From Thalia democratica (Eukaryota): 64,000 nucleotides of DNA. Shown here piece by piece: positions 24,698-37,800 of this stretch (position 1 is its first letter; every line of letters begins with the position of its first letter). Position numbers and translations under genes: made by a program. The stretch lies in assembly GCA_965202585.1 (NCBI GenBank), contig OZ241831.1:10168001-10232000 (forward strand), read 5' to 3'. Below the pieces are notes generated by a model that was given only the letters and a program-made list of their open reading frames with translations, was not told where the DNA came from and did no database searches.

Positions 24698-27231
24698 ACT
24701 ATAGTTACATAAGATGAGATCTATAGTTGTTCAACTTCAAAATAAAACATTGTAAAACTAAGGAGCTAATAAAGTAACCATTTAAAGATAAAAAGCAAGC
24801 TATAAGTAAGTTTAAAACCATACTTACTTGTGTGAGCAAGCTACCACGAAGCTATATAGGTTTTGTGTTTTAAAATTTTTATATTATTTATTAAATTCTA
24901 AATTTAGGAAAAAATATGACCATTAACAGATTTTGAGCTTTTATACTTAGTTTTTCCTTCAAAGATTAGACAACTTTTTTGCTTAAGTAGTAAACGTTTT
25001 CTTGTAAATAAATTAGCTATAAAGATCAGTATGTAACCTTTTTAAAATCTTTTTTTTAGTCAATTGTACAGTTTTTATTTACTGTTTTACTTAGCTTTGT
25101 GTACCAAAATGTATAAAAAGCTTAATTTTTAAATTTTTGTGTAAACTGATTAAAATTAGCATATATTAAAGTTTTAAAGTAAATAAAATTACCGATCGTT
25201 ATATAAAAAAATATGTTAAAAACCTTTTTCTAAATTTAATTTTCATTTATTCACTAATTTATTGAATAAAACAAAGTCATATTTAAAAAAAAAATGCAAA
25301 GTTAATTTCTAAGTTGATCCCAAATTGTTGTTCAAATCATGATTACCGAACTTTTTAAAAGATACTACCACTGCATTATTTTTATTACTTATAACTTAAC
25401 AAGTATCAAGCAAAATAGCCTATTTCCTTTGCATACTTTATATCAAACAATTTAAAGTAAATCATCAAAAAATAAAACTAGTAACTCAAATGAAAACTCA
25501 TCGTGAGACACGATAAGTTTGTTTATAAATAATAAAAAGTAATAAAGTATCATTAGTAAGCTCTGAACTATTTCTAGGTTTTAATAAACTGTAAATTGAA
25601 AGTATTAGTAAAAATTATACTTAGTTGTTGTGTGAGATTTAGTTACAAACCAACAATTTTGCTGTTGTTTTTGTCTAAATTTAAATACAGTTATTATAAA
25701 ACAATAACTTAAAGACTATATACTGTTAAACCGAAGTAATGATGGTTTTTAGTTAAAAATTTTTAAATATAAAACTAACAATTAATTATTTCAGGATTAT
25801 CATAAAGCCTAAAGGCAATTTTAGTTGTCGGTGTTAATGATTAAGGCGGCGATATCTTATGAATGGGGCGATTATTTTCTAAACTTATACCAAAAGGGCT
25901 TTTATGAAAAAACCTATACTAACAAACAATATTGAACAGTTTTTTTTTTAGTTTTACTGTTCAAAACTTGTTGCTTACACTATTAACTTAGTTGCGTTAG
26001 TAATGCTTAGTTTCTAGTTTACAATTCTTATAACGCTTGAAAATTAGTAAATACTACTAAAATAATACCATAACTATTATAGTAATGTAATAAGATTTGT
26101 ATAAAAACTTAATACTTAAGCTATTACAACAGTGTATACTAAAAAAGTAAAACATTTAAAAAAGTAAATATATCTAAAATTTACTGAAGTATAACAACTT
26201 TTTAAATATTTTTTTTTAATTACCTTGTTAAGGAATTACAAATTGTGTGTTACTTAAGTGTTACTTAAGTGTATGTCACGCATAGTATCTAAACTTTTGT
26301 ATAGAATAATCCTAATAAATAAGTTTAAAGTACTTCTGTAAAAATTTCAAATTTTTAACTTTACTTATCTTTATTTATTTTTGTTCATTTGTCACTTTTT
26401 TTTCAAAGCCGGTTTTTTTTCCTATTTAAAATCGAAATTTTCCATAGCATGCTTTTATAAAGTTCAACAAGTAGTGGAACTTTTACTGTTTACACTAAGC
26501 CGGTGACAAAATGATAAAAAAATTTCCTACAAAGTCGTAGTGGGTACTACTTACAAAGAGATTTGATTAAAGTTATAGAGCTTTTCATTAAAACATTAAT
26601 TTTATTTTTAGACTAGCTTTTATAGTTATAACTTAAGCTGATAATTTTGTTTGTACTGTTTACTTCATTGTGCTTAATCCAGTCATTGAGTAAAGTTGTT
26701 TATTTTGTACTTACAAAATAACTTAATCTATAGCTTATTTGTTATTTACTATACAGTTAAAATGTTTACTAGTTAATATTTTAACTATTAGCCAAGCTAG
26801 AGCACGGTTTTAAAATTTTAGAAAAACACTGTTTCTTATTAAATGTAATTAGCTTTGTCATCACTGTTTATATTTACTGACAATTGACAATATTAAGTAT
26901 ACTGTTGTTATATTATTTCAATCTTTCAAACTTTTATTACTATTTTAGTTTAAAGCTGAATTATTAAAACTGTGACGTTTAAGAAATGTTAGTTTTAGTC
27001 AAATAGAATACTAACTTTAAATTCACAAGTAATTTTAGATTGACTATTCATTAAAATCCACAATAAGTATATCCACAACAAGTGTTTTCAAGTTTATTTT
27101 ATAAAAAAATCTAAAAATTACTCATAGATAAGACTAATAGTATGAGAAAAATACCGACTAACACGATTTAAATATAAAGTTTCAAAACTTGAAAATTAGA
27201 ACTTTTTTCTACCATACATCAAACCATTGCT

Positions 27232-27921
27232 TCAACCAAAATAAATGTCTTCTTCTTTACTGTTCGGAATCATTTTGTCATTAAAACCAGCTTGCAAGAG
27301 TTTTTGCTTCATTATTTTCAGCTCATCTTTCAATTTCTTGTTTTTTCGAAGGCCAACGTAAGCACAAACCAGAAATGCTGAAAGTGCAACAAAAAGCGCT
27401 GCTGGCAGAAACATGTAACTCATTTCATTTCCTGATTTCTGAGTAATTGGTTCAGCCACATCATTAGCAGCGGGTTTCAAACACATGTATCCAAATCTAT
27501 GATTTAAATCGCATCTTTCACCTTCGTTCGAAATTTGATATGGGTAATTATCATGCAAAAATGGAAAAAGTATAGCCATTGCGCAATCAGTATACTCTCT
27601 GTTGTAGTCCTTGTAAATTTTAGAGTGTTTTTTTTCATTCCATTTGACTCCATTTGAAAACACCTTTTCTTGCTCATTTTCAGTAAAAGTAACATCTAAA
27701 CCAATCCAGTAGATAACGTTTTGATCAATGGTAAAAGGACAGGTTTCATTTGTGTTTGATTTGAAAAGCTTAATGATTTTTTTTGCATCTTTTCGATTTG
27801 TTATTGGTGCCAAAATTTCACCTTTTTTTCTACACCTTTTTTCAGCTTCACACTTTGACACGGATTCAGTGTAAGCAGTAAAAGTTCCTGTCTTTGTTTT
27901 GACTGAATGAGAACAAGACAT
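27232..27921 (-). CDS. Type I membrane protein with a single C-type lectin-like domain
   Basis: 229-aa ORF with CEAEKRC, LAPI, YWIGL, DCA and terminal C...YMCLKP motifs, then a hydrophobic TM (MFLPAALFVALSAFLVCAYVGL) and a basic cytoplasmic tail. No signal peptide in the ORF; an AG acceptor just before the ATG suggests an upstream exon. Confidence 0.82.
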   Translation of the reverse strand: MSCSHSVKTKTGTFTAYTESVSKCEAEKRCRKKGEILAPITNRKDAKKIIKLFKSNTNETCPFTIDQNVIYWIGLDVTFTENEQEKVFSNGVKWNEKKHSKIYKDYNREYTDCAMAILFPFLHDNYPYQISNEGERCDLNHRFGYMCLKPAANDVAEPITQKSGNEMSYMFLPAALFVALSAFLVCAYVGLRKNKKLKDELKIMKQKLLQAGFNDKMIPNSKEEDIYFG

Positions 27922-29794
27922 AATCTACTAAATATCTTAGTATTAAAAAATAGCTATCACAAATTAACTTGGTTACATAAATAAACTATATCATATGGCT
28001 ACTAATAGTATAAAATCAAAAATAAGAAAGTTTTAAGTTAAAAACAAAACCTAGTAAGCTTTTGAGTGAAGAAAAACTTTTGGTTTATATTGCTTGTTTA
28101 ATATAATTTATTATAGATAAATAGTTCTTTTATTTCATCGCAACATGTAAATAATAAATTTGTTTTTAAATTAATACTTTTGATGATGTAAAACATTTTT
28201 TATATAAACTGTATATTATATAAATAAAGTTTTTATTTTAATATAAAACAATAGACATCAAAAATTTAGCCCAGCAAACTAAAAAATTCTACAGCGAAAG
28301 ATTTCAAAACAAATCTTAAGCTAATAAAACGAAAAATATATTATATACTTTTGTCTGTCTAAATTACACGTTGTAAAGTCTAGAACTTGAGTGTCAAAAA
28401 TGGCCTTTTTTATTTAGATACCATGCATAAAAAAGATAACTTTTAATAGCTCTACCGGTAAATGAAATGTAAATGATAAAAATTACAAAGTTTAAATAAA
28501 TACGATATTTGAGTTTAAATATCTTCACTACAAATATTCAAATTATTTTAAGTTAATCAAAAGTAATATAGAAAAGTATGAATAAATATCTAGTTTTATA
28601 GCTATAATAAATCTTAGTTAAAAATGTTAATGGTAGACTTAATTTTAGACAAAATTTAACTAAAAAAAAGAAATATTTTATTTTTTAAAACTTTTATTTT
28701 CCTATCTTTAAGTTTATACTAAGAAAAAATAAGTATGCTAAGTTAAATGAGGTACGCAAAAAATATATGAGATTCATAGAAAAACAGATTTAGGTTTATT
28801 ACAAGCAGTAGCGACTAGTGATATTTTTGGTAAGGCTGTGAAATAATTTTAAATATTTCAAAATTTTCCTAATTTGAAGTTTTTGTATTAAGCTATTTAA
28901 AGACCCTTTTAATTTTCTTTTAATTGTTTAAAAACGCATTGCTTATTAAATAATAAAATCGAAACTACTAAACAATAAACATTTTTTATTTTAAAACAAT
29001 AACTTTTTTTACCGACTTTAGCTATTTTTAGCAAAAGTTTTAAACTATTAGAACTATTTCTACCCATTTAACTTTAAAGTTTACCGACACATCAATCATT
29101 ATAATAAAACAAACCAATAGAAACATAATAATCTTTTACGAATTTAGTTAAAAAATTATAACTGTTTAAACGTAGAAATATTTACCGTTTTATAAACAAG
29201 TAACTATACACTATAAAAAAAGTTATAAAAAATAATATATTCTAGTAATGTTTTTTATTTAAAAATTTTTAATTTAAACTTAAAATTTATGACTATTTTG
29301 TTTTAAAATCTTAATGAAAAATAAACTAGTTTTATAAATTTAAACAATTTCGTTTATTTTAACTTATTTAAAAATACTAACTGTTGAAGTGTATTAAAAA
29401 AAAAAAAAAAAACAATTTAATTGGTGTAATCACAACTTACATCAGCGCTTATTTAGAGTTAATGCAAGTCCAATAGATACTAATATTTTCTTAATTTGTT
29501 GATAAACTATATAAAGTATATACATTTATGTTATATATATATATTTCTATATTATCATACTTATTATATATAGTTTGTATAGTTTATAAATAAGTTAAGA
29601 AAATATTATTATTTTTTAGACTCGCATAGCTCCATTAGTAACAACAGTAAAGCTGTAAACACAGAAACATATTTTACTTTAATAAAGAAAAAAAGGTCGA
29701 CATATTTTAGCTTAACAAAAATATTTTTTGGGGAAAAAAATTTCTTAGACTAAAAGCCTAATTTCTTAGACTAATAGCGGTTTCTCGCGACTAT

Positions 29795-29837
29795 TCCTGC
29801 CTGATGAGTCCTAATAAGGACGAAACCGGTCGTAGGA
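29795..29837 (+). ncRNA. Solitary minimal type I hammerhead ribozyme (PLE pseudo-LTR fragment)
   Basis: UCCUGC-CUGAUGA-GUCCU(AAUA)AGGAC-GAAA-CCG-GUC-GUAGGA. Intact core, 6-bp stem I, predicted cleavage after C29831. Confidence 0.9.
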
Positions 29838-31043
29838 TTGTCTCGGATGCTGTTGTTGTTGTTGATCTTGCGGTAAAGTTCATTGTTTATTAGACTAAAA
29901 GAAAATTAATATAAATTTATATTCTCCTTCATTTTCAAAACATACTTTAAAAGTTTTTGTTAATTTTTTTTTTCATCAAATAGTACAGAAACTTTTAAGA
30001 AATCATATTTTTAAAACTTTAATTTATAAAATTTATAACTAAAATTTTAAAAAAATTCTACAAGTCGTTAAAATCTATTGACGATTAGACTGAAAATTTT
30101 TTAAAACCATCGTTCAAAAACTAAAGCATAAGTAAGATTTTTAGGAAAATATTCTGTTTTTGCCTTTAAATTTTATAAATTTCATAAAATTTCAAAAAAT
30201 TATAAAGTATAAATATAGCTAAGTTTTTAAAATAAAAACTAGATCAATTTAAAAAATTGTTTAGTGAATCCCGCCTTAACAGGTTAAAACTTCAAATCTT
30301 AAACCAATGCACAAAAGCAAAAGTAGTTAAGTAGACACTTTATGGTATTAACTTTTATATTATAAACAGAAGGAAAATTCAAATGCTATTTTACTGAATA
30401 ATTTAATTTTATTAAATGTAATTTTTAATAGTATATGTAGTTAAAAAAAATATAACCAAAAATTTCTTAAATCTATATAATTAGTGCTTGATATATTACT
30501 TTCAATATTATAGCAACAAGTAAAGTTAATAAAGTTCATTTATATCTAAAGCAATTTACTCAACTTTAAACTTTATATTTTCAAATATATTTATTAGAAC
30601 TAATTCCAAATGTCTTTTTGGTAATAGTGAACCTTTATAGTCATATATTGACTCAACTATTAAAAATAAAATTACTTTTTAACTTTTCGTTCAAATTTGT
30701 CTAAATGTTGATCTTTTCGCAACCAATAAGTTATTTAAGCTATTTTTTAATTAAAAAATACTTTTAAATAAATACAAATGATATAATTTTTTTCGATTGA
30801 CGATATTTTGACTTTCTTTTAGTCATTTTCAACAGTAAAGCGGTGCAAAAAAACTATAAATACTTTTTAAAATCTAAATATATAAGATAAGCTAACTAAT
30901 ACAACACACAAATATACAATAATAAAACTATAAAGTACAATGAATGTTAGGTTACAAAAATGATAATAAAATCAAGTAAACAAACATTTATAAGCAAAAA
31001 ATTATTATTTAACAAAACGCTTTTGACGTGTTGGTAATATATA

Positions 31044-31140
31044 GTGTTTATTAAACGATAAAAAAAGCGCTCAAACAGTTTGGTCTAAGGACCTGGTGTA
31101 CAAAGGAACCTTTCGGTTATCGAGTCGTACACGGTACACC
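31044..31140 (-). repeat. Best-preserved copy of the ~100-bp dispersed stem-loop repeat (probable LINE/SINE 3' end)
   Basis: GTGTAC (31096-31101) pairs with GTACAC (31127-31132), enclosing AACC-TTTC-GGTT. The minus strand ends in AATAAACAC. Confidence 0.75.
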
Positions 31141-32189
31141 ACATGCTTATAAAGTTTCTTACGAGGTATTACACATAGTTTTTTTAACATTTAAATATCT
31201 AAATCTTCAATTAAACAAAATTAAAAATGAAAGAAAATAAACTTAAACGAAAATTAACTGAACTTCTTGTTTAATAATGTACTATGAATATCGTTTAGTA
31301 ACATAAAAACTAAAAAAAAATGTATAACTTTAAATAAACTTTTATAAGGAGATAAACAACACTAATAACAAATGTGTGAATACTTGAAATATATGTTACA
31401 ACCTCTTTAAAGAAAGTAAAATTTAATACGCTGAAATATTTTTACGAAAAAATTAAGTATTTTGTGCTAAAAAGGTAATATCTATTTTATATAATTATTT
31501 AGCTTGAAGTGTAAAAATAATTTTACATTTGAATAGCTAAATAAACTATTGTAAAATTTTAAAAAGATTTTAAAGAAGTAATTTTTACAATAACTGACTT
31601 TAACTTTTATAAATATAGATATAAAGATAAGTATTGTAAAATTTATGCTTTTAAGAAGAAAAAAAAAATTAACAATAATGATAAAAACAATAAAAAATTC
31701 CTTCTATTTTAAAATATAATTTTTCTTTTTTAATACTTGTTCGAGTTTAAAAATGTAATGATAGAAAGCAGACAACTTTGCAAACATAAAAAAAAGTTTT
31801 TATTTATTTTATTTTCTCAAAAAAAAAAGAGTTTTTATAACTTAAGTTTGCTTTAAACAGTTATCTCAGCTTAATATTTAGATACTCCGTTATCTGCTAA
31901 AGATTAAAATTTATAACTATTTTTTTTTACATTTGCAAGCTAAAAAAAAAGAAAATTTTGTAAGCATAAGAAAAAAAAAAGTTTATAAGTATTCAGAACT
32001 TAATTCAACATATTAATCTTAAAAAATAATCTTGAATATAACTAGATAGAAAATGCTAAAACCTAGACTAAACCAATGTTATTGTAACCAAACAAATCAA
32101 CTTTCGAACAAAAAAAAAAAAAAAAAGATAATTTAGATATTAAATGACAAATACTATTAATTCCTTAAACAAAAGTAAATAGACGAGTA

Positions 32190-33720
32190 AAATTTGATCA
32201 CTAATGACCTTGAGAACCACTATTTAAAGGATCACTCATAAGTTTATCCTGCAACTTTCCAAAATGACTTATAATTTTAAAATATAATGGTAACTTAATC
32301 CATAACTTACTTCCTTGGTAGGACAGCGATTTATGACCTATTTTGCTGTTGAATCTAGGTATGAAAAAATTTATTTCTGAAGACCCCTTATGATAATTAT
32401 AAAGATTTTATACATTTTTATTGTAACTTTTGAAGTTATCTGGTAACAAATTATTGTTAAACTTATTACATATAGATACAGACTTTCAACAGCTAATATT
32501 TTTTCTGAGTTTTTAATTCTCTTACACCATCATCATATTTCTTACAATTTATGCATCTAAGTGCTCTGTTTATGAGAACATTGACAGCATTTATAAATTT
32601 CTTATTTATTTGCTCTTCCCCAGCAGAACAAGCCATATCTAACATTGCTCATAAGCAAAGAATTAAATATCAAATATAATGCTTTTTAATTTAAGAAGTG
32701 TCAGGTTTTTTATAATACACCCAATGATTTTTGTAATTTTGTTTTTATAGTTTCTATGTGTTCTGTCCGTTTTAAATTTCTGTCTAAAATCATTCCAAAA
32801 TAATTATAGCTATCTGTGTTTGTTATAATTGTTTTACCTATTTTAACATTAAGATTTAAAAAACTATTTTTGATTGATGTAAAATCATACTTCTGGTTTT
32901 ATTAAGGTTTAGCTTAAGTTTGTTTTTTCATTAGCCAACCTGATACCTTTTTTAGTTCTGTGTTAAAAATTTTTCTCTCATTTAGGTATGTGTTTTTTTT
33001 GTGAATGCTTTGTATAACATTGTATCTTCTGCAAAGTTGAGGACTTTAAAACTAGTATTTTTTGTAAGTCATTTACGTGTGTTAGGGATAACAACGGTCC
33101 TAATACCGAGCTTTGTGGTATCCTAACTTCACTTTTTTCACAGGTAGACTCATATCCTCCAAAGCTACCGAACTGTTTTCTTTAATCTTGATATGAACTG
33201 ATTAGTCGATGCATAGTTCCTCTCACATCATAACATTCTAATTTCATTAGTAAGATATTTCTATTTAAACTATCAAATGCTAAACTTAAATCCAAAACGA
33301 CTGCACAAACTGCGTTTCCTTTATCAAAGTTGGACAAAGCCCCTTCAACAAACTCAGACAAAGCTGAAGTGGTGGAATGATTCTGTCGAAAGCCAAACTG
33401 AGAACTATTCAAAACTTTATTTTTAGAAAAAAAAAACTGTACAGGCGATTATAGATTACTTTTTCAATTATTTTATTTAAACTAGATAGAAGTGAAATGG
33501 ATCTATAATTTCCTGGTAATTTTTGTAATTTTGATTTAAAATTGGTATAACTTTTGCAAGTTTTAGGCTACTTAAAATGCTTGGTTAAATAATTTGCTTA
33601 GTATTGAGATATAATATTGTTTAGTTTCTTAAGGATCTTTACAGTGATCTCTCACCACTGGCTTTGTTTGAATCTAAACTCTCGATAATATTAAATACTT
33701 CAGTTTCTGTAGCGTCAAAC
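32190..33720 (-). pseudogene. Decayed CR1/L2-type LINE reverse transcriptase
   Basis: QFGFRQNHSTTSAL, AVVLDLSLAFDSLNRNILLMKL, PQSSVLGPLL..HVNDL, FAEDT, GSKLW, with many stops. Confidence 0.85.
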
Positions 33721-34099
33721 CAAAAAAAAAAAAAGACTATTACTAACATTTATAACTAATACCCGGTTCAGTAATTTTTTGTTGCAATTGTACTATAACA
33801 TTTAATAAAAATTGCTTTAACAATAAAAATCTCCTCTATTTCTACATTATTTAAAAATCTTAAGACTGCTAGTTTGTTTTTCTTTTATTCTAGTCAAATA
33901 CTAAATAGCTAGTATCTTATTTTTACAACTGTTACAATTTGTAATGTGATCTAATACTACTGTTTTTTCCTCCTAAATGTTTTTAAGCTCTTTATTTTAG
34001 TGGTCTGAAAATGAATCAAACTTAATACTAAAAAATTTGAAATCAACTTGAGACATTTACTGTAGAATTAATAATTTTAAATAATAACAAGTTATACAG

Positions 34100-34290
34100 A
34101 ATCCTTTTTCTATTAAACTAATTTATGTTTCTGTGTGTTAACGGATTAAAACACTTCAATGGAGCTCTGTAAAAAAATAAATACTGTAATGGAAGAGTAG
34201 AAGCTAAATTAAGTGTATAGATATGTTTATTAAAAATAAAAACAATTGCTATAGATTTTTATAGGTTAATGGTCAATATGAACTTTAAAT
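34100..34290 (-). repeat. LINE 3'-end fragment (same family as 42950 and 51735)
   Basis: Shared block GGAGCTCTGTAAAAAAATAAATACTGTAA...AGAAGCTAAA. Confidence 0.65.
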
Positions 34291-35552
34291 AAAAAGTATT
34301 AATCCAGTTATAGCAAACAATTTACTAAACCGGGCATTACCCAAATGTCAAAAACTTTTGATTAAGTATTTATTTTTATTATGTTTCATATCTAATTTTA
34401 TTTACTTAAGTTTATAGTTATTCTTGTAACCTAACGTCATTGTACTGTACAGTTTATAACGTATAAGTTTATGTTTTTATTAATTAGTTTAGCTTATTTG
34501 TTTAATTTTTAGCCTTAATTTAGTTATTTTGCACAGCTTATTGTTGAAAATTACTTAAAGAAGAAACGTTGTCATTTAAGAATAAAATATAAAAATATCA
34601 TGTGTATTTCTTTAAAATGGTATTTAAAAGTTTCTTGACATGTATTGTGTTTAATTTGTTTGTAAATAAATGTATAATTTAAAAATAAAGTAACTGTTAG
34701 AAAATAAAAGCCTAGAGAGTAGTTTTATAATAATAATAAAACTTAAAAATAAAAAAAACGGACTGAGCTGCTTTCAATTTTTCAACCCTACTGGTTGGTA
34801 CAATAACACACTTTGATTTTTTTAAACTTCAAGTAAAAAAGAAACTACTTATACATTGACTTTTAAGTTTACTGAGGTTTAATTTAATCTTTTTGTATAT
34901 TGAGGCCAACACTTTGTTAAAGGTATTTATTGTAATATAGCTTTATTGTTTTTTAAGTCTTTTTTATACTTGAACTATTTCGCTATATTTCGCTTGATGG
35001 TTTGTTTATATAAAGTTAGCGTTGTTTTTCTTGTAAAAAATTTGAGTATAATAGTTTCAGTACCAAGAAACGGTAACCTTCAGATTTACTTCAGATGTTT
35101 TTGCTTCTTATTCAGTTCATATTTATTAAAAAACAATCAGATGGAAAAGTACACTTTATATGTCCCTTGAAACGGAACCTTTCATGGAATCACTAAAAAA
35201 TTGTTGAAAGAAAAAAATTATCTGCAAAATTAAAAGCTTAAGAATAAAACTTAAACACTCTGTAACTTGATTCTTCTTTTTTTTTAAGAGAAACAAATAA
35301 ATGTTCCTCCCCATGCGTCATCCCTAATTATAAATGAACATTTTAAAATCCACGAATGCACATTAATTATACCTAATTATATTAAGTTTTATGCGTTTTA
35401 TAAGTTTAATAAAGAATACTTTATAACAGTATTCTTTAACTTTTTTATCTGCCGGGCCACTTATTGAACATGAATTTATAAGCGTGACTCGAAATTTTCT
35501 CCAAATAGTTCAGCTAAATTAAAAGCCTATTAAAACAGCACGTGTATAAACT

Positions 35553-35997
35553 GGGTGAGTGTCGTTTTCGCACGAGGGGACACTTTTGCACGAGGGTACA
35601 TTTTTGCACGTCGTCACTTTTGCACGGAGGATCATTTTTTCACGAGGGGACACTTTTGCACGACGAATCTTTTGCACGCAAGGTCATTCTTGCATAGCGT
35701 CACCTTTGGCACGGCCTCACTTATTGCACGACGTTACATTTAAATAGCGACATTTTTGCAAAGCGTCACTTTTGCACAGCGTTATATTTTCACGGAAATA
35801 TTTATCCACTGCAAAAAGTCGCTGTGCAAAAGAGTCGCCGTGCAAAAGTGTCCCCTCGTGCAAAATAGTCGCCGTGCAAAATTATCTACTCGTGCAAAAG
35901 TGACCCTGCGTACAAAAGTGATGCCGTGCAAAAGAGTCCTCTCGTACTATAGTGACCCTCGTGCAAAAGAGTCGCTATGCAAAAGTGTCTTGTTCCC
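35553..35997. mobile_element. Foldback/Mutator-like MITE built from inverted arrays of short subrepeats
   Basis: The left half repeats CACTTTTGCACG and the right half repeats CGTGCAAAAG. GGG...CCC termini. Flanks GTATAAACT and AAAAAAACT suggest an eroded 9-bp TSD. Confidence 0.75.
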
Positions 35998-36529
35998 AAA
36001 AAAACTATCTTAGGCGCTTTAGTTTTTTTTTCAAAGTTGCCTATATGTATCGTTTTAGTTAAAATACGACCATTTTGCTCAAGAATCGCACTAATGAAAA
36101 AAATACCCTACAACAGAACAAGTTCAAGTAGCTATGAAAACTTCCAGCTAATGAAAACAAACAATAAAAACAAAAACTTAAAGTTTATATGTTATTTAAT
36201 TTAAAAACATCAATTAATTTGCCCTTTCTAAAGATATACGTTTCGAGCAAAAGCAAGTGTGTTACATCATGTGTAATTTTATCTGCCCCAGTTGATATAA
36301 CTTTTAATTATCCAAAAATAAGACTAACAAAAAAAACCCTCGTGACAGTTTAGAGAACACTCACAAAGCTCAAATCTTTACACTAAAATCACTTTGTGGA
36401 ATAAAATCATGAAGCTCAAGTCCTTAAGCAAGTTTTCACATGGTTATCATAATTTTTTTTTATTTTTCAAAGGGGCCTTATGAAAAAAAGTTTAGGAAAC
36501 CCTGGTCTAAATTGTATAAACTATGTTTT

Positions 36530-37800
36530 GAAGTATGGTGTGTTTCCTTACTCTCTTCAACATGCTAAGGTGGTGCCAGTTTATAAAAATGCTAAAATAA
36601 TGTAAAAAATCATAAGAATATTTCTGTTCTATCCCCATTTTCCAAAATTTAAGAGTCATGAGTATTTTAGAGACTGAGGAATTATTTACTGTCAAACAAT
36701 TTACTGCATTGCAAATATTATCAGTTTAGATGAAATAGTAACGCTGAGTTAGCAGTGAATTAGAAGGTTAAATAAATAATAAGGCTGGTAAAAATAAAGT
36801 GATAAATTGCTCTGTTTTTTTTTGATTTTGCAAATGCTTTTAAAATGGTTAGTCATAAAATTTTACTATCAAAACTTAAAATCTATAATATAAACTGCTC
36901 AATGTTGAATTTTATTGATAGAAGCCAGTTTACTGTTACAGATTTAATTGTTTTGAAGAGTCATATGTTAGAATACCTTTTGGTTCTTGTGTACATATCT
37001 TCAAGTACAAGTACTAAATTGAGGTTGTTTGCAGATAATCCTTGCTTGAGTTAACAACCTTGGGAATCTAACAATGTGAGTACTGTTATAATTACAGAGT
37101 TAAGGAAATTTGATAAATTGCTGTGTAGAAACAGATTGTTTATTAATTATTCAACAATAAAATTTTTGCTGTTTTATAGGCAAAAAAGAGTGAATTCAGT
37201 GCTAAGGTGAACGGTTTGTGATTGAGCAGAGTAAAAAATATTAAATGAGGTGTAGTTTTAAATAGTTGAACTTAAAAGAACATTTAAAGTGCATTAAATC
37301 TAAGCTTTTGAAAAGTTGTATTATGATTTCAAAACTTATATATTATTTGGATACAATAATCTGAAAATGGTCTATTACTGTTTGATATATCGGCATATTC
37401 AGTATTGTATATCTGCTTGGGGTGGTGCTGCTAGTTGTCATTTGAAGGCAATTATTAGTAGACAAAAAAGGATTATAAGAAATGTTTGTTGCATATCTGC
37501 ACTGACTCTAACAAATTCCTTGTTTGTTAAAACTCGTATTCTGATATTTATTGTGGTTTTATTTGCAAGTTTGTAAGTTAATGATGAAAAATTTGAGAGG
37601 ATTTGAGGTTGACCACAGTTGCTTTACTCCAGTATAGTTTTTATTTACAATATTAGACATTTAAAATACAAAAACTTTATTGTTGAAAGTCCTAGAACAG
37701 GGCTTGGCTTAAATTCTTTCAGGTATTAAATTGTGGTAAATTGTTCCCAACAATTTTTTTAACTTATAAAAGGATCAGTTTAAATACAGTTACAAAAAAT
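36530..37800 (+). pseudogene. Decayed CR1/L2-type LINE RT, + strand
   Basis: VFPYSLQHAKVVPVYK, SVFFDFANAFKMVSHKILLSKL, RLFADNPCL, LKMVYYCLIY.HIQYCISAWG...QKRIIR. Confidence 0.82.

Noticed and set aside
35555-36013. Short ORFs and CRISPR-like periodicity
   Set aside because: Degenerate subrepeats that invert mid-element, with no unique equal-length spacers or cas genes; eukaryotic MITE context.
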